Shown here piece after piece: positions 20,691 through 31,499 of a DNA stretch of 64,000 nt; positions within the stretch are counted from its first letter, which is position 1, and each line of letters opens with the position of its first letter. Source of the stretch: Gammaproteobacteria bacterium (GTDB lineage: Bacteria > Pseudomonadota > Gammaproteobacteria > GCA-001735895); the NCBI GenBank assembly GCA_050298595.1, contig JBNKUM010000078.1, positions 1 to 64,000 on the forward strand, written 5' to 3'. The notes under the pieces are model-generated. The model did no database searches and was not told the DNA's origin. It was given only the letters and a program-made list of their open reading frames with translations. Made by a program: the position numbers and the translations under genes.

Positions 20691-21802
20691 TGATGACCGC
20701 CCAGCTGGAAGCCACCGTTGTCGATTCGTTTGCCTGTACCAATTGCGGGGCCGACCTCGCCTATCAGCCTGGAACAACCTCACTCGCCTGCCAATACTGT
20801 GGGGCCAGGAATAAAATTCCACAACTCGAAGAGGACATTGAAGAACTCGACTTTCATGCCTTCCTCAATGGGAAGATCGAATTTGAAGAACAGATTACCG
20901 AGCACTTCGTCAAATGTGAATGCTGTGGTGCGTCTTGCACGCTGGAACCACATGTAACCGCTGCCACCTGCGCCTACTGCGCCACTCCGCTCGTCATCGA
21001 GCAGGGTACCGACGAAACCATCATACAGCCAAAATCGCTGCTTCCCTTTAAACTTAATAAAGAGAAAGCACTCAGCGCATTCAAGCAATGGGTCAGCAAA
21101 CGCTGGTTCGCGCCTAATGACCTTAAAAAGGCTGCACTCACTTTCGATCACTTCAAAGGCGTCTACATTCCCTACTGGACCTACGACACCGCCACCTATT
21201 CCGCCTATGTTGGACAACGCGGCGACTACTATTACGAAACCCAGACCTACACCGAAACCAAAGATGGAGAATCAGTTACAAAAACGCGACAGATACAAAA
21301 AACTCGTTGGTCCTCAGTCTCCGGCCAAATCAATATACTCTTTGACGATATCCTCATCCCTGCCACCAATTCCTTGCCCAAAAAATGTATCGAAAAGCTA
21401 GAACCCTGGGATCTGACAAACCTTGTTCCCTACGAAAAAAGCTTTCTCAGTGGCTTTCTCGCTGAAAAATATCAGGTCGATATCAGGGAAGGATTCAAGC
21501 GTGCAAAAACCATTGCCGACCGAGCAATCAGACAGCGAGTAAAAGAAGACATAGGCGGCGATAAACAGCGTATCACCTCCCTCAAAACGAACCACACCGA
21601 CATCACTTTCAAACATATGCTCCTGCCCGTCTTCGTCTGTGCTTACCGCTTCAAAGACAAAACCTACCAATTCCTCGTAAATGGACGTACCGGTGAAGTA
21701 CAGGGCGAACGCCCCTGGAGCTGGATCAAACTCACCACCCTCGGCATTATCATTGCCGCAGCCGTCGGCGGTATTATTTGGGCCATCATGCAAAACCAGT
21801 AG
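20690..21802 (+). CDS. Double Zn-ribbon membrane-anchored protein (often mis-annotated PriA-like)
   Basis: Four CxxC pairs, GVYIPYWTYD, LEPWDL, VNGRTGEVQGERP, C-terminal TM; coupled to the SPFH gene. Confidence 0.8.
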   Translation: MMTAQLEATVVDSFACTNCGADLAYQPGTTSLACQYCGARNKIPQLEEDIEELDFHAFLNGKIEFEEQITEHFVKCECCGASCTLEPHVTAATCAYCATPLVIEQGTDETIIQPKSLLPFKLNKEKALSAFKQWVSKRWFAPNDLKKAALTFDHFKGVYIPYWTYDTATYSAYVGQRGDYYYETQTYTETKDGESVTKTRQIQKTRWSSVSGQINILFDDILIPATNSLPKKCIEKLEPWDLTNLVPYEKSFLSGFLAEKYQVDIREGFKRAKTIADRAIRQRVKEDIGGDKQRITSLKTNHTDITFKHMLLPVFVCAYRFKDKTYQFLVNGRTGEVQGERPWSWIKLTTLGIIIAAAVGGIIWAIMQNQ

Positions 21803-22021
21803 AACAGATTAACTCGTGTACGAATTACAGGTTTGCACAGAACGGAGCTTTGTACCGTTTATACGTGGAATTATTTTTGAGTAAGGTTTATCGACTGGCT
21901 GCATTTCGCTTACGTTACTATGATTCTATATAAGACGATCATTCCACAGGTGGATTCCAGGATTAACAGTTTATTATTAAACGATAAAAATTAACTTTTA
22001 TTTGTAACTGAGCTCATAAAC

Positions 22022-25000
22022 CTAAACCTCTTGATGACGAAACCGCTTCCATCGCTCTTTCATATTTTCACCAATCAGTAACATGCAAGGGGTGAGCACC
22101 AGCGTAAGAACAGTAGCAAATGCAAGCCCGCCCGCCACACCAGTAGCCAGTTGTACCCACCACTGGGTGGATGGCGCGCCATATGTGATATCGCGGTGCA
22201 TCAGGTCTATATTGAGTTTGAGCACCATCGGCATCAGGCCCAGGATGGTTGTGATAGTAGTCAGCAGCACCGGGCGTAAACGCTGTGCAGCGGTGCGCAG
22301 GATTGCTTCTTCAACCTGCATACCCTGACCACGAAGAATGTTATAGGTGTCGATCAACACGATATTGTTGTTAACCACTATCCCGGCCAGGGCTATTACA
22401 CCAACCCCACTCATGACGATACCAAAGGGTTGCCCGGTAGTGAGTAAACCAAGTAACACGCCAACGGTTGAGAAGATGACTGCGGAGAGAATAAGGAAGG
22501 CCTGATAAAAACTATTGAACTGAGTGACCAGGATTATCGCCATAATAAATAGCGCTACCAGAAAAGCCTTGCTGAGAAACGCTTCCGCTTCGCGCTGATC
22601 TTCATCCTCGCCCTTAAATTTCAAATCAATTCGCTTATCCATCTCTACGTTTTTATCCAGCCATTGCTGAATCTCCGTAACCTTACTAGCAGGCAGTATC
22701 CCTTTCGGTACATCGGCTTTGACCGTCATCACCTGTTGTCCATCAACTCGATTGATGTCTCCTCGTTTGGCCGCAGTTGTAGTAGTGACGAAATTACTGA
22801 TGGGTATCAAACCGTATTTTGTCTGCACTCGTAATCTATCAAGCGCTCCCAGGTCTCTTTCCTTCTCTGGCAAACGTACGATAACATCTACTTCATCATC
22901 AGCATCATCAGGACGGTAGTCAGTCACCTTGATGCCGTTGGTCACCATTTGCACAGCATTACCAACGATGGTGATATCGGCACCAAAGCGTGCTGCCTTG
23001 GTACGATCTACGCTTATTTGCCACTCGATACCCGGTAACGGTCGGTCATCTTCTACATCTACAAAACCACCTATCTCCCCGATCAATTCTCGGACCTTGA
23101 GCACCGCTGGTTCCAGCAGTTGCGGGTAACGCGAACCTATCTGCAACTGGACCGGCTTACCGCCCGGTGGTCCACCTTCCATCTTACGTGTCTCGATATG
23201 GATGCCGGCGATATCTGCGGTGCGGCGGCGGATTTCAGTCAGGATAGTGTCAGCTGAGTCGCGCTTATCCCAGTCATCGAACTCCATCTGGATAACACCA
23301 ATAGTATCCGGCGGTACATCCTGCCCACCAGTTGCAAGACCCAGACCGCTATGGCTATACAGGGTTTTGATACCTTTTAAACCCAGAATTCGATTTTCAA
23401 CCTGATGCACCAGATCGTCCTGCTCAAAAACAGAGAGATTGCCACGCGCCAGTACATTCACCGCTGCCTGTGGTGGTTCGATCTTGGGAAAGAACTCCAC
23501 CCCTTTACCAAATTTGCCATAAACGACATATACCAGAATAAGAAAACCAAAGCTGCCTATCAGAATTTTCCAGGGGTGCTCCAGTAATTTTTCAAGTATG
23601 CGGATATAGACTCCGGTAAGCCCACTAATCTCATGTAGTTCACCAGTCTCCGCTGCTGCCAGACTACGCATTGCACTATCGCTTAATGGACTTCGTTTGC
23701 CCATCAGCTCGCCCAGCGTGGGAACAAAAATCAATGCCATCAGCAGTGAGGCAGACAGAGTTGCCAACAGCGTGATGGGTAGATATTTCATAAACTCACC
23801 CACCACGCCAGGCCAGAATAACAACGGCATAAAAGCTGCCAGTGTTGTGGCGGTAGAAGCAGTAATCGGCCAGCTCATGCGATTGGCCGCAAAGGCATAA
23901 GCCTGTTCTCGTGGCATGCCCTCAGCCATTTTGCGATCCGCCATTTCGGTCACTACGATGGCTCCGTCAATCAACATACCTACCGCCATAATGAGCGAGA
24001 ACAGCACCACGATGTTGATGGTCAGTCCCATGGAGTCGATGATCAGGATACCGGTTAGAAATGAACCGGGAATCGCTACACCCACCAACCCTGCAGTGCG
24101 CAGACCCAGCGCGGCGACGATCACGATCATCACCAACAGTACTGCGCTCAATACATTGTTTTGCAAATCAGACAGCATATTCTTCACATCCTTGGATTTG
24201 TCCTGAGAGAAGCTGACCTCAACCCCTTCGGGCCAGGTAGCCTGCTCTGCAGCAACAATGGCGCGCACCTTGTCGATGGTTTCGATTACATTTTCTCCAA
24301 CCCGTTTGGAGATCTCCAGGCTGATCGCTGGGCGGCCATTCACACGTGCAAAACTGGTTGGGTCTTTAAAGGTGCGGTGTACCTTGGCCACATCTCCAAA
24401 AGTGACTACCCTATCATCAACAACCTTGACCGGCAGTGAGAGTACGTCGCTTGCACCTTCCAGCAACCCCGGTACTTTTACCGAGAATCGCCCCTTACCC
24501 GTATCCAGCGCCCCGGCGGCTACCAGCTTATTGTTGCGCCAGACAAAGTTAATCAGCTCTTCGTAAGAGATGCCATAGCTATCCAGCACCCTTGGTTCAA
24601 CGACTATATCCACCACCTCCTGACGGTCGCCAGCTATTTTCGCCTCAAGTACCTCACGCAAACCTTCTATTTTGTCTTTAATATCGCGTGAAAGAGAGAG
24701 CAGGGTACGCTCGGGTACATTTCCCGCCAGCGTTACTACCAATACCGGAAACAAAGCCACGTTGACTTCGTTAACCGTAGGGTCATCCGTATCAGCGGGC
24801 AGTTTCCCCTTTGCCAGGTCTACCTTTTCACGTACATCCTGTAGTGCCTGATCGCTGTCAAATCCTGCATCGAATTCCAGCAGTACCGAGGCATGTCCTT
24901 CACCGGCATTTGAGCGCATCTCCTTTACGCCTTCGATACTCTGTAATTCCTTTTCCATGGGTCGCACCAGTAGACGCTCGGCGTCCTCCGGTGAGATGCC

Positions 25001-25159
25001 CTCGTGACTCATGGATACGTAGATGATTGGTATCGCTACATCTGGTTCAGACTCTTTGGGGATGGTGACATAGGAGATAGTGCCACTGATCAGGATCAAT
25101 ACCAGTAGCGCAAGCACGGTGCGTGAACGTGCAAATGCGGCATTTATTAGATTTCTCAT
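22022..25159 (-). CDS. RND efflux permease (AcrB family)
   Basis: AVGMLIDGAIVV, GIVVNNNIVLID, RLRPVLLTT; start set at ATG 25159 (MRNLINAA). Confidence 0.93.
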   Translation of the reverse strand: MRNLINAAFARSRTVLALLVLILISGTISYVTIPKESEPDVAIPIIYVSMSHEGISPEDAERLLVRPMEKELQSIEGVKEMRSNAGEGHASVLLEFDAGFDSDQALQDVREKVDLAKGKLPADTDDPTVNEVNVALFPVLVVTLAGNVPERTLLSLSRDIKDKIEGLREVLEAKIAGDRQEVVDIVVEPRVLDSYGISYEELINFVWRNNKLVAAGALDTGKGRFSVKVPGLLEGASDVLSLPVKVVDDRVVTFGDVAKVHRTFKDPTSFARVNGRPAISLEISKRVGENVIETIDKVRAIVAAEQATWPEGVEVSFSQDKSKDVKNMLSDLQNNVLSAVLLVMIVIVAALGLRTAGLVGVAIPGSFLTGILIIDSMGLTINIVVLFSLIMAVGMLIDGAIVVTEMADRKMAEGMPREQAYAFAANRMSWPITASTATTLAAFMPLLFWPGVVGEFMKYLPITLLATLSASLLMALIFVPTLGELMGKRSPLSDSAMRSLAAAETGELHEISGLTGVYIRILEKLLEHPWKILIGSFGFLILVYVVYGKFGKGVEFFPKIEPPQAAVNVLARGNLSVFEQDDLVHQVENRILGLKGIKTLYSHSGLGLATGGQDVPPDTIGVIQMEFDDWDKRDSADTILTEIRRRTADIAGIHIETRKMEGGPPGGKPVQLQIGSRYPQLLEPAVLKVRELIGEIGGFVDVEDDRPLPGIEWQISVDRTKAARFGADITIVGNAVQMVTNGIKVTDYRPDDADDEVDVIVRLPEKERDLGALDRLRVQTKYGLIPISNFVTTTTAAKRGDINRVDGQQVMTVKADVPKGILPASKVTEIQQWLDKNVEMDKRIDLKFKGEDEDQREAEAFLSKAFLVALFIMAIILVTQFNSFYQAFLILSAVIFSTVGVLLGLLTTGQPFGIVMSGVGVIALAGIVVNNNIVLIDTYNILRGQGMQVEEAILRTAAQRLRPVLLTTITTILGLMPMVLKLNIDLMHRDITYGAPSTQWWVQLATGVAGGLAFATVLTLVLTPCMLLIGENMKERWKRFRHQEV

Positions 25160-25160
25160 C

Positions 25161-26231
25161 TCAGCTGGCGTCCTTTTCGCGTGCGATCTCCACCTTGTCA
25201 CCATCGCGTACAAAACCCTGTCCGACGGTGATTAGATCCATATTCTGCGGTAGACCCCCTATCCACACGCCATCACGTTCTGATTTCAGAATTTCTACCG
25301 GGTAGAAGCGTACAATACTTTCGCTATCCACGATCTTAAGGCCGAGTACTCCAGCATCATTAAGCGACAACAGCGCTGGCGTTACCTTGTGCGCTGGCAC
25401 GGTATCCAGCGGTATGCGAAGGGTTGCACTCATACCTCCTCGTTGTGCCGATGCCGGATTTTCTGCCTCTACTTCAATCGCGTAGGTGCGGGTGCTGCTA
25501 TCGCCCTGTGAAGCTATAAAGGTGAGCTTACCCGACATTTTTATGCCATTACTGAGTTCAACATTGACGCTTGAACCAATACTCAGCCGATCTATTTCGC
25601 TTTCTGATACATCACCCTGAAATACTAACGGATTAAGGCTGACCAGTGTATATGCCGGATCACCCAGCTGCAGGTAGTCACCCACTTCTGCCTGGCGATG
25701 CAGAATTATGCCGCCAAAGGGTGCAACGATATTCTGGCGCTGCATATTCAATTCAGCATTTTTCAGCATAGTTTTGGCAGTTTGTAACTGGGTAACCGCC
25801 TCAGCCAGTTGTAGTTCGGTTTGCAATGCCTGTTTCTTGAGTTTCTTGGCGGCCTCATATTCCAGATTACGTTGCGCCAGCAATGCGCGTGCCTGTTCCA
25901 GTTGCAGCGGGCGCTCATCAGCCTCTAAGCTGATTACAGCGTCACCACGCTTGACTGCATCGCCCTTGTCAGCCAGCACCTGTTTTACCTGACCGGTAGT
26001 CTGAGCCCTGACGATAACCTCACGCTGGGCCACACTCTGTCCCTGCACGACTACCTCACGTTGCATGGGCTGTGCCTGGTGAGCAAGCACCTGTACTCGT
26101 GTCAATTTTTGAACTTCTGTCGTTTGCGTTACACTGTCATTCACTTTCGCGTCACCTTCTATCATTCCACTAAGCATCCATAAGGTAACGATTATTACGA
26201 TTCCTGCTGCAATGATGTTGGAGCTTTTCAC
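25161..26231 (-). CDS. RND periplasmic adaptor (membrane fusion protein)
   Basis: N-terminal TM, IVAPFGG, EVGDYL, ITVGQGFV. Confidence 0.92.
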   Translation of the reverse strand: MKSSNIIAAGIVIIVTLWMLSGMIEGDAKVNDSVTQTTEVQKLTRVQVLAHQAQPMQREVVVQGQSVAQREVIVRAQTTGQVKQVLADKGDAVKRGDAVISLEADERPLQLEQARALLAQRNLEYEAAKKLKKQALQTELQLAEAVTQLQTAKTMLKNAELNMQRQNIVAPFGGIILHRQAEVGDYLQLGDPAYTLVSLNPLVFQGDVSESEIDRLSIGSSVNVELSNGIKMSGKLTFIASQGDSSTRTYAIEVEAENPASAQRGGMSATLRIPLDTVPAHKVTPALLSLNDAGVLGLKIVDSESIVRFYPVEILKSERDGVWIGGLPQNMDLITVGQGFVRDGDKVEIAREKDAS

Positions 26232-26242
26232 ATTGTTTTCCC

Positions 26243-26782
26243 TTAGTTATGTAACTCTTTAATAAGTTGTTGGCGATTTTGCTGGATATAATCCCTGCTC
26301 GCCTTCAGTACAGCGAGACCAAACCCTGCACTAAAGCGTGGGCCAGGCAGTAGCTCGCACTCGCAAGCCTGTTCATCAAGGCAATGCTCAATTTCGTTGA
26401 TCTGGTGTTGTATGTCCGCGAGGCGGGTATCGAAGATTTGACTGATATGCTGCGCTGACATCAGATGAGCAAATACCATCTGCACCAGAAAGTCTGAACG
26501 AAGACGATGATGAGGGTAGGTTTCAGCTAATGCGACATTGAAGGTTTCCCGTCCTGATGCTGTCAGGCAGTAAACCTTTTTGGCAGGACGCTTTCCCTGC
26601 TCGATATTGCTGACAGTGACATGCCCTTCACGAGAGAGCTCTGCCAACGCTGGATAAATAGAACCAAACCCAGCCACATAGAAGTGTTTGAAGGCATCTT
26701 CGAATACCTGCTTGATTTCATAGCCACTGGCATCACCCATGGTCAGGATACCGAGGCAGAGTGTTTTTATATCCATGGGCAA
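26243..26782 (-). CDS. PadR-family transcriptional regulator
   Basis: SGYEIKQ, GSIYPALAEL, RPAKKVYCLT. Confidence 0.92.
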   Translation of the reverse strand: MPMDIKTLCLGILTMGDASGYEIKQVFEDAFKHFYVAGFGSIYPALAELSREGHVTVSNIEQGKRPAKKVYCLTASGRETFNVALAETYPHHRLRSDFLVQMVFAHLMSAQHISQIFDTRLADIQHQINEIEHCLDEQACECELLPGPRFSAGFGLAVLKASRDYIQQNRQQLIKELHN

Positions 26783-26892
26783 ACTATACCTGCGACCTTT
26801 ATATCGTCAAGATATATATATCGGTTTGATACAAACTGTTACAGTTTGGATCGAACCGCCTGGGTCTGTGTTTACCTGGGAAAGGCAGTTTT

Positions 26893-27450
26893 TTATTCGA
26901 TTTTTTCCGCACTATAGCGGCTTATTTTAATCGAGTCCGACCAGTAGTTAGCAGCTAATCCCGCTTTGAGTTTTAAGTGCTGAAGAAATTCTTCAGCCTT
27001 AGGTAGCTGTTCCCATACTGCTGGCAGGAATGTACCGCGCTTATAACCCTCTTTAAGAATGAGACCATCAATACCTGGCTTTAATTGCTGGATTAAATCC
27101 TGCTCGGATTTAAAATTCATCGCTTCGGCTGGGGTCAGTACCGAGATACTGATGTGTAAGCCATCCAGTTCTGAGCGATTCAAAGGATTAAAGCGTGGGT
27201 CTCTAAACGCCGCTGCAAAAGCGTTTTCGCTAACGTCTACGACCAGTGACCTACTGGCCTGCAAACTACCAATACAGCCTCTAAGTTGTCCGTTCCTATG
27301 CAGGGTGACAAAACTGGCGCGTGCTTGCTGCAATTCAGGATCGTAATCTTTGGCGTCGATATTGAGCGGCCTACCATTATCTACACCATGAGTTATTGAG
27401 TCTCTTGCAAGCTCAAGCAGGGTAAGCCGCTGTTGTTCGCTATAGCTCAT
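26893..27450 (-). CDS. amrA: AmmeMemoRadiSam system protein A (AMMECR1 family)
   Basis: ASFVTL, LRGCIGS, AAFRDPRF, TFLPAVW, LKLKAG. Confidence 0.92.
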   Translation of the reverse strand: MSYSEQQRLTLLELARDSITHGVDNGRPLNIDAKDYDPELQQARASFVTLHRNGQLRGCIGSLQASRSLVVDVSENAFAAAFRDPRFNPLNRSELDGLHISISVLTPAEAMNFKSEQDLIQQLKPGIDGLILKEGYKRGTFLPAVWEQLPKAEEFLQHLKLKAGLAANYWSDSIKISRYSAEKIE

Positions 27451-28274
27451 TGAGTGAAAATATAGGCCCCGTAGCCGACCACTCTATCCTTGCCACCTGC
27501 GGTATCTCCAGAATTTCTCAGATCTACCTGCTGTGGCTTGAGATGATGTTGAGTAGCGCTTATTAACAGGCCCTTGATTGGAATTCGTCCACAGGCATCA
27601 TCGAAATCTATCTTCTCAGGTTGCATATTGACGATGGACTCGGAGGTTTTTTGATCCTGCCGCATGGCATCGTCATAGCTGTGGTAATGACTCAAATCAG
27701 AGCTGATGACGATCAGGGTTTCTTCTCCGCCCCACAGCAATTCCAGTACCTCGGAAACCTGTTGTGAATTGCAATCTCCAACCACCAATGGCACCAGAGT
27801 AAATTCATCCAGCAGGTTTTGTAGAAATGGCAACTGAACTTCCAGACTGTGCTCCAGGGTATGTGCTTGATCCAGCTGTTGCACCTGTGGCAGGGATTCA
27901 ATACTGGTGATCGCGCTTCTATCGATCACAATATCACCCAAAGGGGTACTAAAATGGCTAGCTGAGGTGGTTGCGATTCCATGAAACCCCACCCGATGAG
28001 CGGGCCCGAGCAGGATAACGCGCTTGATCTTATGTATTTGCGGGATTAAGGTTTGATACGCACTGGCGGCAACTTCTCCTGAATATATATATCCAGCATG
28101 CGGTACGATGATAGCTTTTACGCCGCTGACCTGACAGAATCTGGATGAGGCAAACAGATCTTTTAACAGATTAGTAAGTTCTTTGGCATCCTGAGGGTAA
28201 AACTGGCCCGCGACAGCCGGTTTTCTGATTTTTTTTGTTATTTGTTCTGGATTTGTAGAATTATTGGAGAACAT
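27447..28274 (-). CDS. amrB: AmmeMemoRadiSam system protein B (MEMO1 family)
   Basis: RKPAVAGQFYP, PHAGYIYSG, EHSLEVQLPF, SSDLSHY, ACG, VVGYGA. Confidence 0.93.
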   Translation of the reverse strand: MFSNNSTNPEQITKKIRKPAVAGQFYPQDAKELTNLLKDLFASSRFCQVSGVKAIIVPHAGYIYSGEVAASAYQTLIPQIHKIKRVILLGPAHRVGFHGIATTSASHFSTPLGDIVIDRSAITSIESLPQVQQLDQAHTLEHSLEVQLPFLQNLLDEFTLVPLVVGDCNSQQVSEVLELLWGGEETLIVISSDLSHYHSYDDAMRQDQKTSESIVNMQPEKIDFDDACGRIPIKGLLISATQHHLKPQQVDLRNSGDTAGGKDRVVGYGAYIFTQ

Positions 28275-28339
28275 AGTGTTTTCCTCTTCATTTGTGACCT
28301 AGTATAGTGTTATTTATGGCATATTAAAACCATTTAACT

Positions 28340-29434
28340 ATGACCCTATTCGACCCCCGTTTCACGGTATCTACCAACTACTGGCACAAAATCGACAGTC
28401 AGCGTATTCAATGTGATCTGTGTCCGCGTTACTGTAAATTGTCTGAAGGACAGCGTGGTCTGTGTTTTATACGTGCGAATCAGAATAATGCCATTGTGCT
28501 GACGAGCTATGGTCGAAGCAGCGGCTTTTGTGTCGATCCGATAGAAAAAAAACCCCTCAATCACTTCCTGCCCGGCACGCCAGTGTTCAGCTTTGGCACC
28601 GCAGGCTGTAACCTCGCCTGCAAGTTCTGCCAGAACTGGGATATCAGTAAATCACGCGAGGTGGATACCCTGGCGGACCAGGCCAGCCCCGAGCAAATTG
28701 CCGCAACGGCAAAACAACTCGGCTGTCGCTCTGTCGCCTTTACCTACAATGATCCAGTCATCTTCCACGAATATGCCATTGATGTCGCCAAAGCCTGTCA
28801 TCAGCTTGATGTAAAAACCGTAGCAGTGAGCGCTGGGTATGTTTGCGCAGAACCGCGCGCAGAATTCTACCAGCACATCGATGCCGCCAATATCGATCTT
28901 AAGGCATTCACTGATGATTTTTATATTCACCTCACCGGTAGTCATCTACAACCGGTGCTGGATACCTTGATCTATCTGAAGCATGAAACCGATGTCTGGG
29001 TTGAACTGACTACCCTGCTCATCCCCGGTAAAAATGATTCAAATAAAGAGCTGGAGGCTATGACCCAGTGGGTGGTAAAGCATCTTGGGCCAGAGGTGCC
29101 TATGCACTTCAGCGCTTTTCATCCTGATTACAAGATGCAGGATATCGCAGCCACGCCCATGCAGACGCTTACGCGTGCACGCGATATTGCCTTGCGTAAT
29201 GGTGTTCGCTATGCCTATACCGGCAATGTGCATGATAAATCTGGCGAGAGTAGCTATTGCCACCATTGTGGAAAAATCCTCATCGGTCGCGACTGGTATG
29301 TGTTATCTGAATGGAATCTCAATGCACAGGGTGAATGTATACATTGCGGCACGCCTTGTTCAGGGGTGTTCGATGCACGCCCCGGAGACTGGGGCGCGAA
29401 ACGCCTACCCGTTAACATGAAGATGGTGAATTAA
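28340..29434 (+). CDS. amrS: AmmeMemoRadiSam system radical SAM enzyme
   Basis: CDLCPRYC, DPIEKKPLNHF, GCNLACKFCQNWDIS, YTGNVHD; divergent from amrBA. Confidence 0.93.
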   Translation: MTLFDPRFTVSTNYWHKIDSQRIQCDLCPRYCKLSEGQRGLCFIRANQNNAIVLTSYGRSSGFCVDPIEKKPLNHFLPGTPVFSFGTAGCNLACKFCQNWDISKSREVDTLADQASPEQIAATAKQLGCRSVAFTYNDPVIFHEYAIDVAKACHQLDVKTVAVSAGYVCAEPRAEFYQHIDAANIDLKAFTDDFYIHLTGSHLQPVLDTLIYLKHETDVWVELTTLLIPGKNDSNKELEAMTQWVVKHLGPEVPMHFSAFHPDYKMQDIAATPMQTLTRARDIALRNGVRYAYTGNVHDKSGESSYCHHCGKILIGRDWYVLSEWNLNAQGECIHCGTPCSGVFDARPGDWGAKRLPVNMKMVN

Positions 29435-29439
29435 CGACC

Positions 29440-30072
29440 ATGGGTATAGATCAATATTTACTATTCCTGCTGATAACAGCGCTGTTCCTGGCATCCCCCG
29501 GTCCTGCGATCTTACTGTGTATCAACAATGGACTGCAGCATGGTATTCGACCTTCGGCTGTTGCCGTGTTGGGAAATGTAGTGGCCTTTCAGATTCTGAT
29601 TTTTCTCAGCGCCATTGGCGTTGGCGCCGTGTTGACCACTTCGATTGAGTTTTATAATCTGCTTAAAATTCTGGGTGCCATCTACCTGATTTACCTGGGT
29701 ATAAAAGCCTGGTTATCTCCAGTCAAAACCATCGCCCAACAGACGATAAAAAAATCCAGCTCTCATTTATTCCGACAGGCTTTCCTGCTCACGTCTACTA
29801 ACCCGAAAGCTCTGGTTTATGTAACTGCTTTATTGCCACAATTCATCGATACTCAGCAATCCCTTGTTGATCAGATGATAACGCTTACGCTAAGTATAGG
29901 CGTGACACAGTATGCGGTTTTTATGGCTTACGTCATACTCGCCCATAAGGCTGGTAACTGGCTGCGAAACGAACAAACCCGAAGCCTGTTCAATCGAATT
30001 ACGGGCGTAACTTTTATAGGCTTTGGTTTTGCGCTGGCATTTTCTGAAACGAATATATCCCAGAAAAGTTAG
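29440..30072 (+). CDS. LysE/RhtB-family translocator
   Basis: SPGPA, GAIYLIYLG, TNPKAL, LPQFI. Confidence 0.9.
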   Translation: MGIDQYLLFLLITALFLASPGPAILLCINNGLQHGIRPSAVAVLGNVVAFQILIFLSAIGVGAVLTTSIEFYNLLKILGAIYLIYLGIKAWLSPVKTIAQQTIKKSSSHLFRQAFLLTSTNPKALVYVTALLPQFIDTQQSLVDQMITLTLSIGVTQYAVFMAYVILAHKAGNWLRNEQTRSLFNRITGVTFIGFGFALAFSETNISQKS

Positions 30073-30076
30073 CCTA

Positions 30077-30964
30077 TTAAAGACCTCTCTGCCATTCCTG
30101 ACGCAACGCTACCGACCCTGGTTTAGAGATTGCCTGATGCAGCGTATTTAACAACCTTTCTTTATCTTTATTCAGGGTGCCTTTGAGAATCAGGTAATTT
30201 GAAGCATGGTCACTACGAAATATTGTTTTTTCAAGTTCAAGTGCGGAAATCAGAACCTCCATTTCCTGTGCCAGTTGCAATTGATCAAGCTGCTGGAATT
30301 CACCGCCAAAACCCTGTTGAAACCGCTCAGGCCCCTTATAAAATGTAACTACCAGTGTAGCCAGGTATTCGGGTTGTGCTTCATTCATTAGCGATGCCGA
30401 ATTTAATGCATGTTGTTCGCTATACTTTATTCCACCTAGACCATTCAGAATCATGATTGAGCGTTTGATTCCAGCCTGTTGGAGTTTTAACAATGCATCC
30501 AGTGAGCTTTGCCAGGTTTCACCTTTGCTGATTTTATCGAGAATCAGGTCATCACCAGTTTCACAACCGACATAAACCATGCTCAGCCCCATGGATTTTA
30601 GTTGTTGTAGCTCTTCAACGGTTTTATTTTTCACATTGCCCGGCAGGCAATAGGCCGACACACGCTGGATGTCCGGCAGGTATTCATTGATCGCCTGCAT
30701 GATTTCGTGCAGTCGGCGAAATGATAATGTCATGGCATCGCCGTCGGCGAGGAATACCCGGCGCACAGGGTAGTTTGATGCTGAGACATAGGCGAGTTCC
30801 TTGCGGATGTTTTCGATGGATTTTGGCCGAAATTTTTTTTGTTCATCGGTGTACATATCGCAGAAGGTACATTGGTTCCAGGAGCAACCATTGGTGACCT
30901 GGAGGATGAGTGATTCAGCTTCACTGGGGGGGCGGAATACGGGTTCTATGTAGTTGAGTAGCAT
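30077..30964 (-). CDS. Radical SAM protein (RPPSEA family, function unknown)
   Basis: YIEPVFRPPSEA, GCSWNQCTFCDMY, FLADGDA, FRSDHASNY. Confidence 0.88.
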   Translation of the reverse strand: MLLNYIEPVFRPPSEAESLILQVTNGCSWNQCTFCDMYTDEQKKFRPKSIENIRKELAYVSASNYPVRRVFLADGDAMTLSFRRLHEIMQAINEYLPDIQRVSAYCLPGNVKNKTVEELQQLKSMGLSMVYVGCETGDDLILDKISKGETWQSSLDALLKLQQAGIKRSIMILNGLGGIKYSEQHALNSASLMNEAQPEYLATLVVTFYKGPERFQQGFGGEFQQLDQLQLAQEMEVLISALELEKTIFRSDHASNYLILKGTLNKDKERLLNTLHQAISKPGSVALRQEWQRGL

Positions 30965-31499
30965 GTTGGTTTTCCCTGTTATTACGAGCGTAGCGTAACT
31001 TTTTTTTTGAGATAATCAACTCCCTTTTTATGGGATTCGTACGCTAAAGCTGTAGTCACTTCGTAGCCACTGAAGAGTACGATAATGAGGCAATTTTTGC
31101 CAATAACAGCAAAAAGTCACCAAAAAATGCCGGCCCGAATTGCGCGGCCTACGGCTCCCCGAAAATCAAGGGATTTAGGTGATAGAGCGAAGCAGGATGC
31201 CTGAGCCGAGGAAGCCAGAGCCGAGCATTTTCTATTAAAAAGTGGCTCGCACGCGTACTCATCTATCACTACGGAGTAAGAAAAGCATTGCGTGTGAAAG
31301 CATCATCCAGGAAATAGCTAAACTCAAACGATTACTACCCTGCAGCACTTCTGCTTCACGAAGTTTATGCCCTTTACCTGTTTTAATGTCGGGGGATTAG
31401 TAACAGTCCACAGCCAGGCAATCGACTCCAACATGGCTGAATGTAAATCTCCCTCAATCTAAGAGTAATATCTCCAGGCTTCCCATGATGACATCTTAG

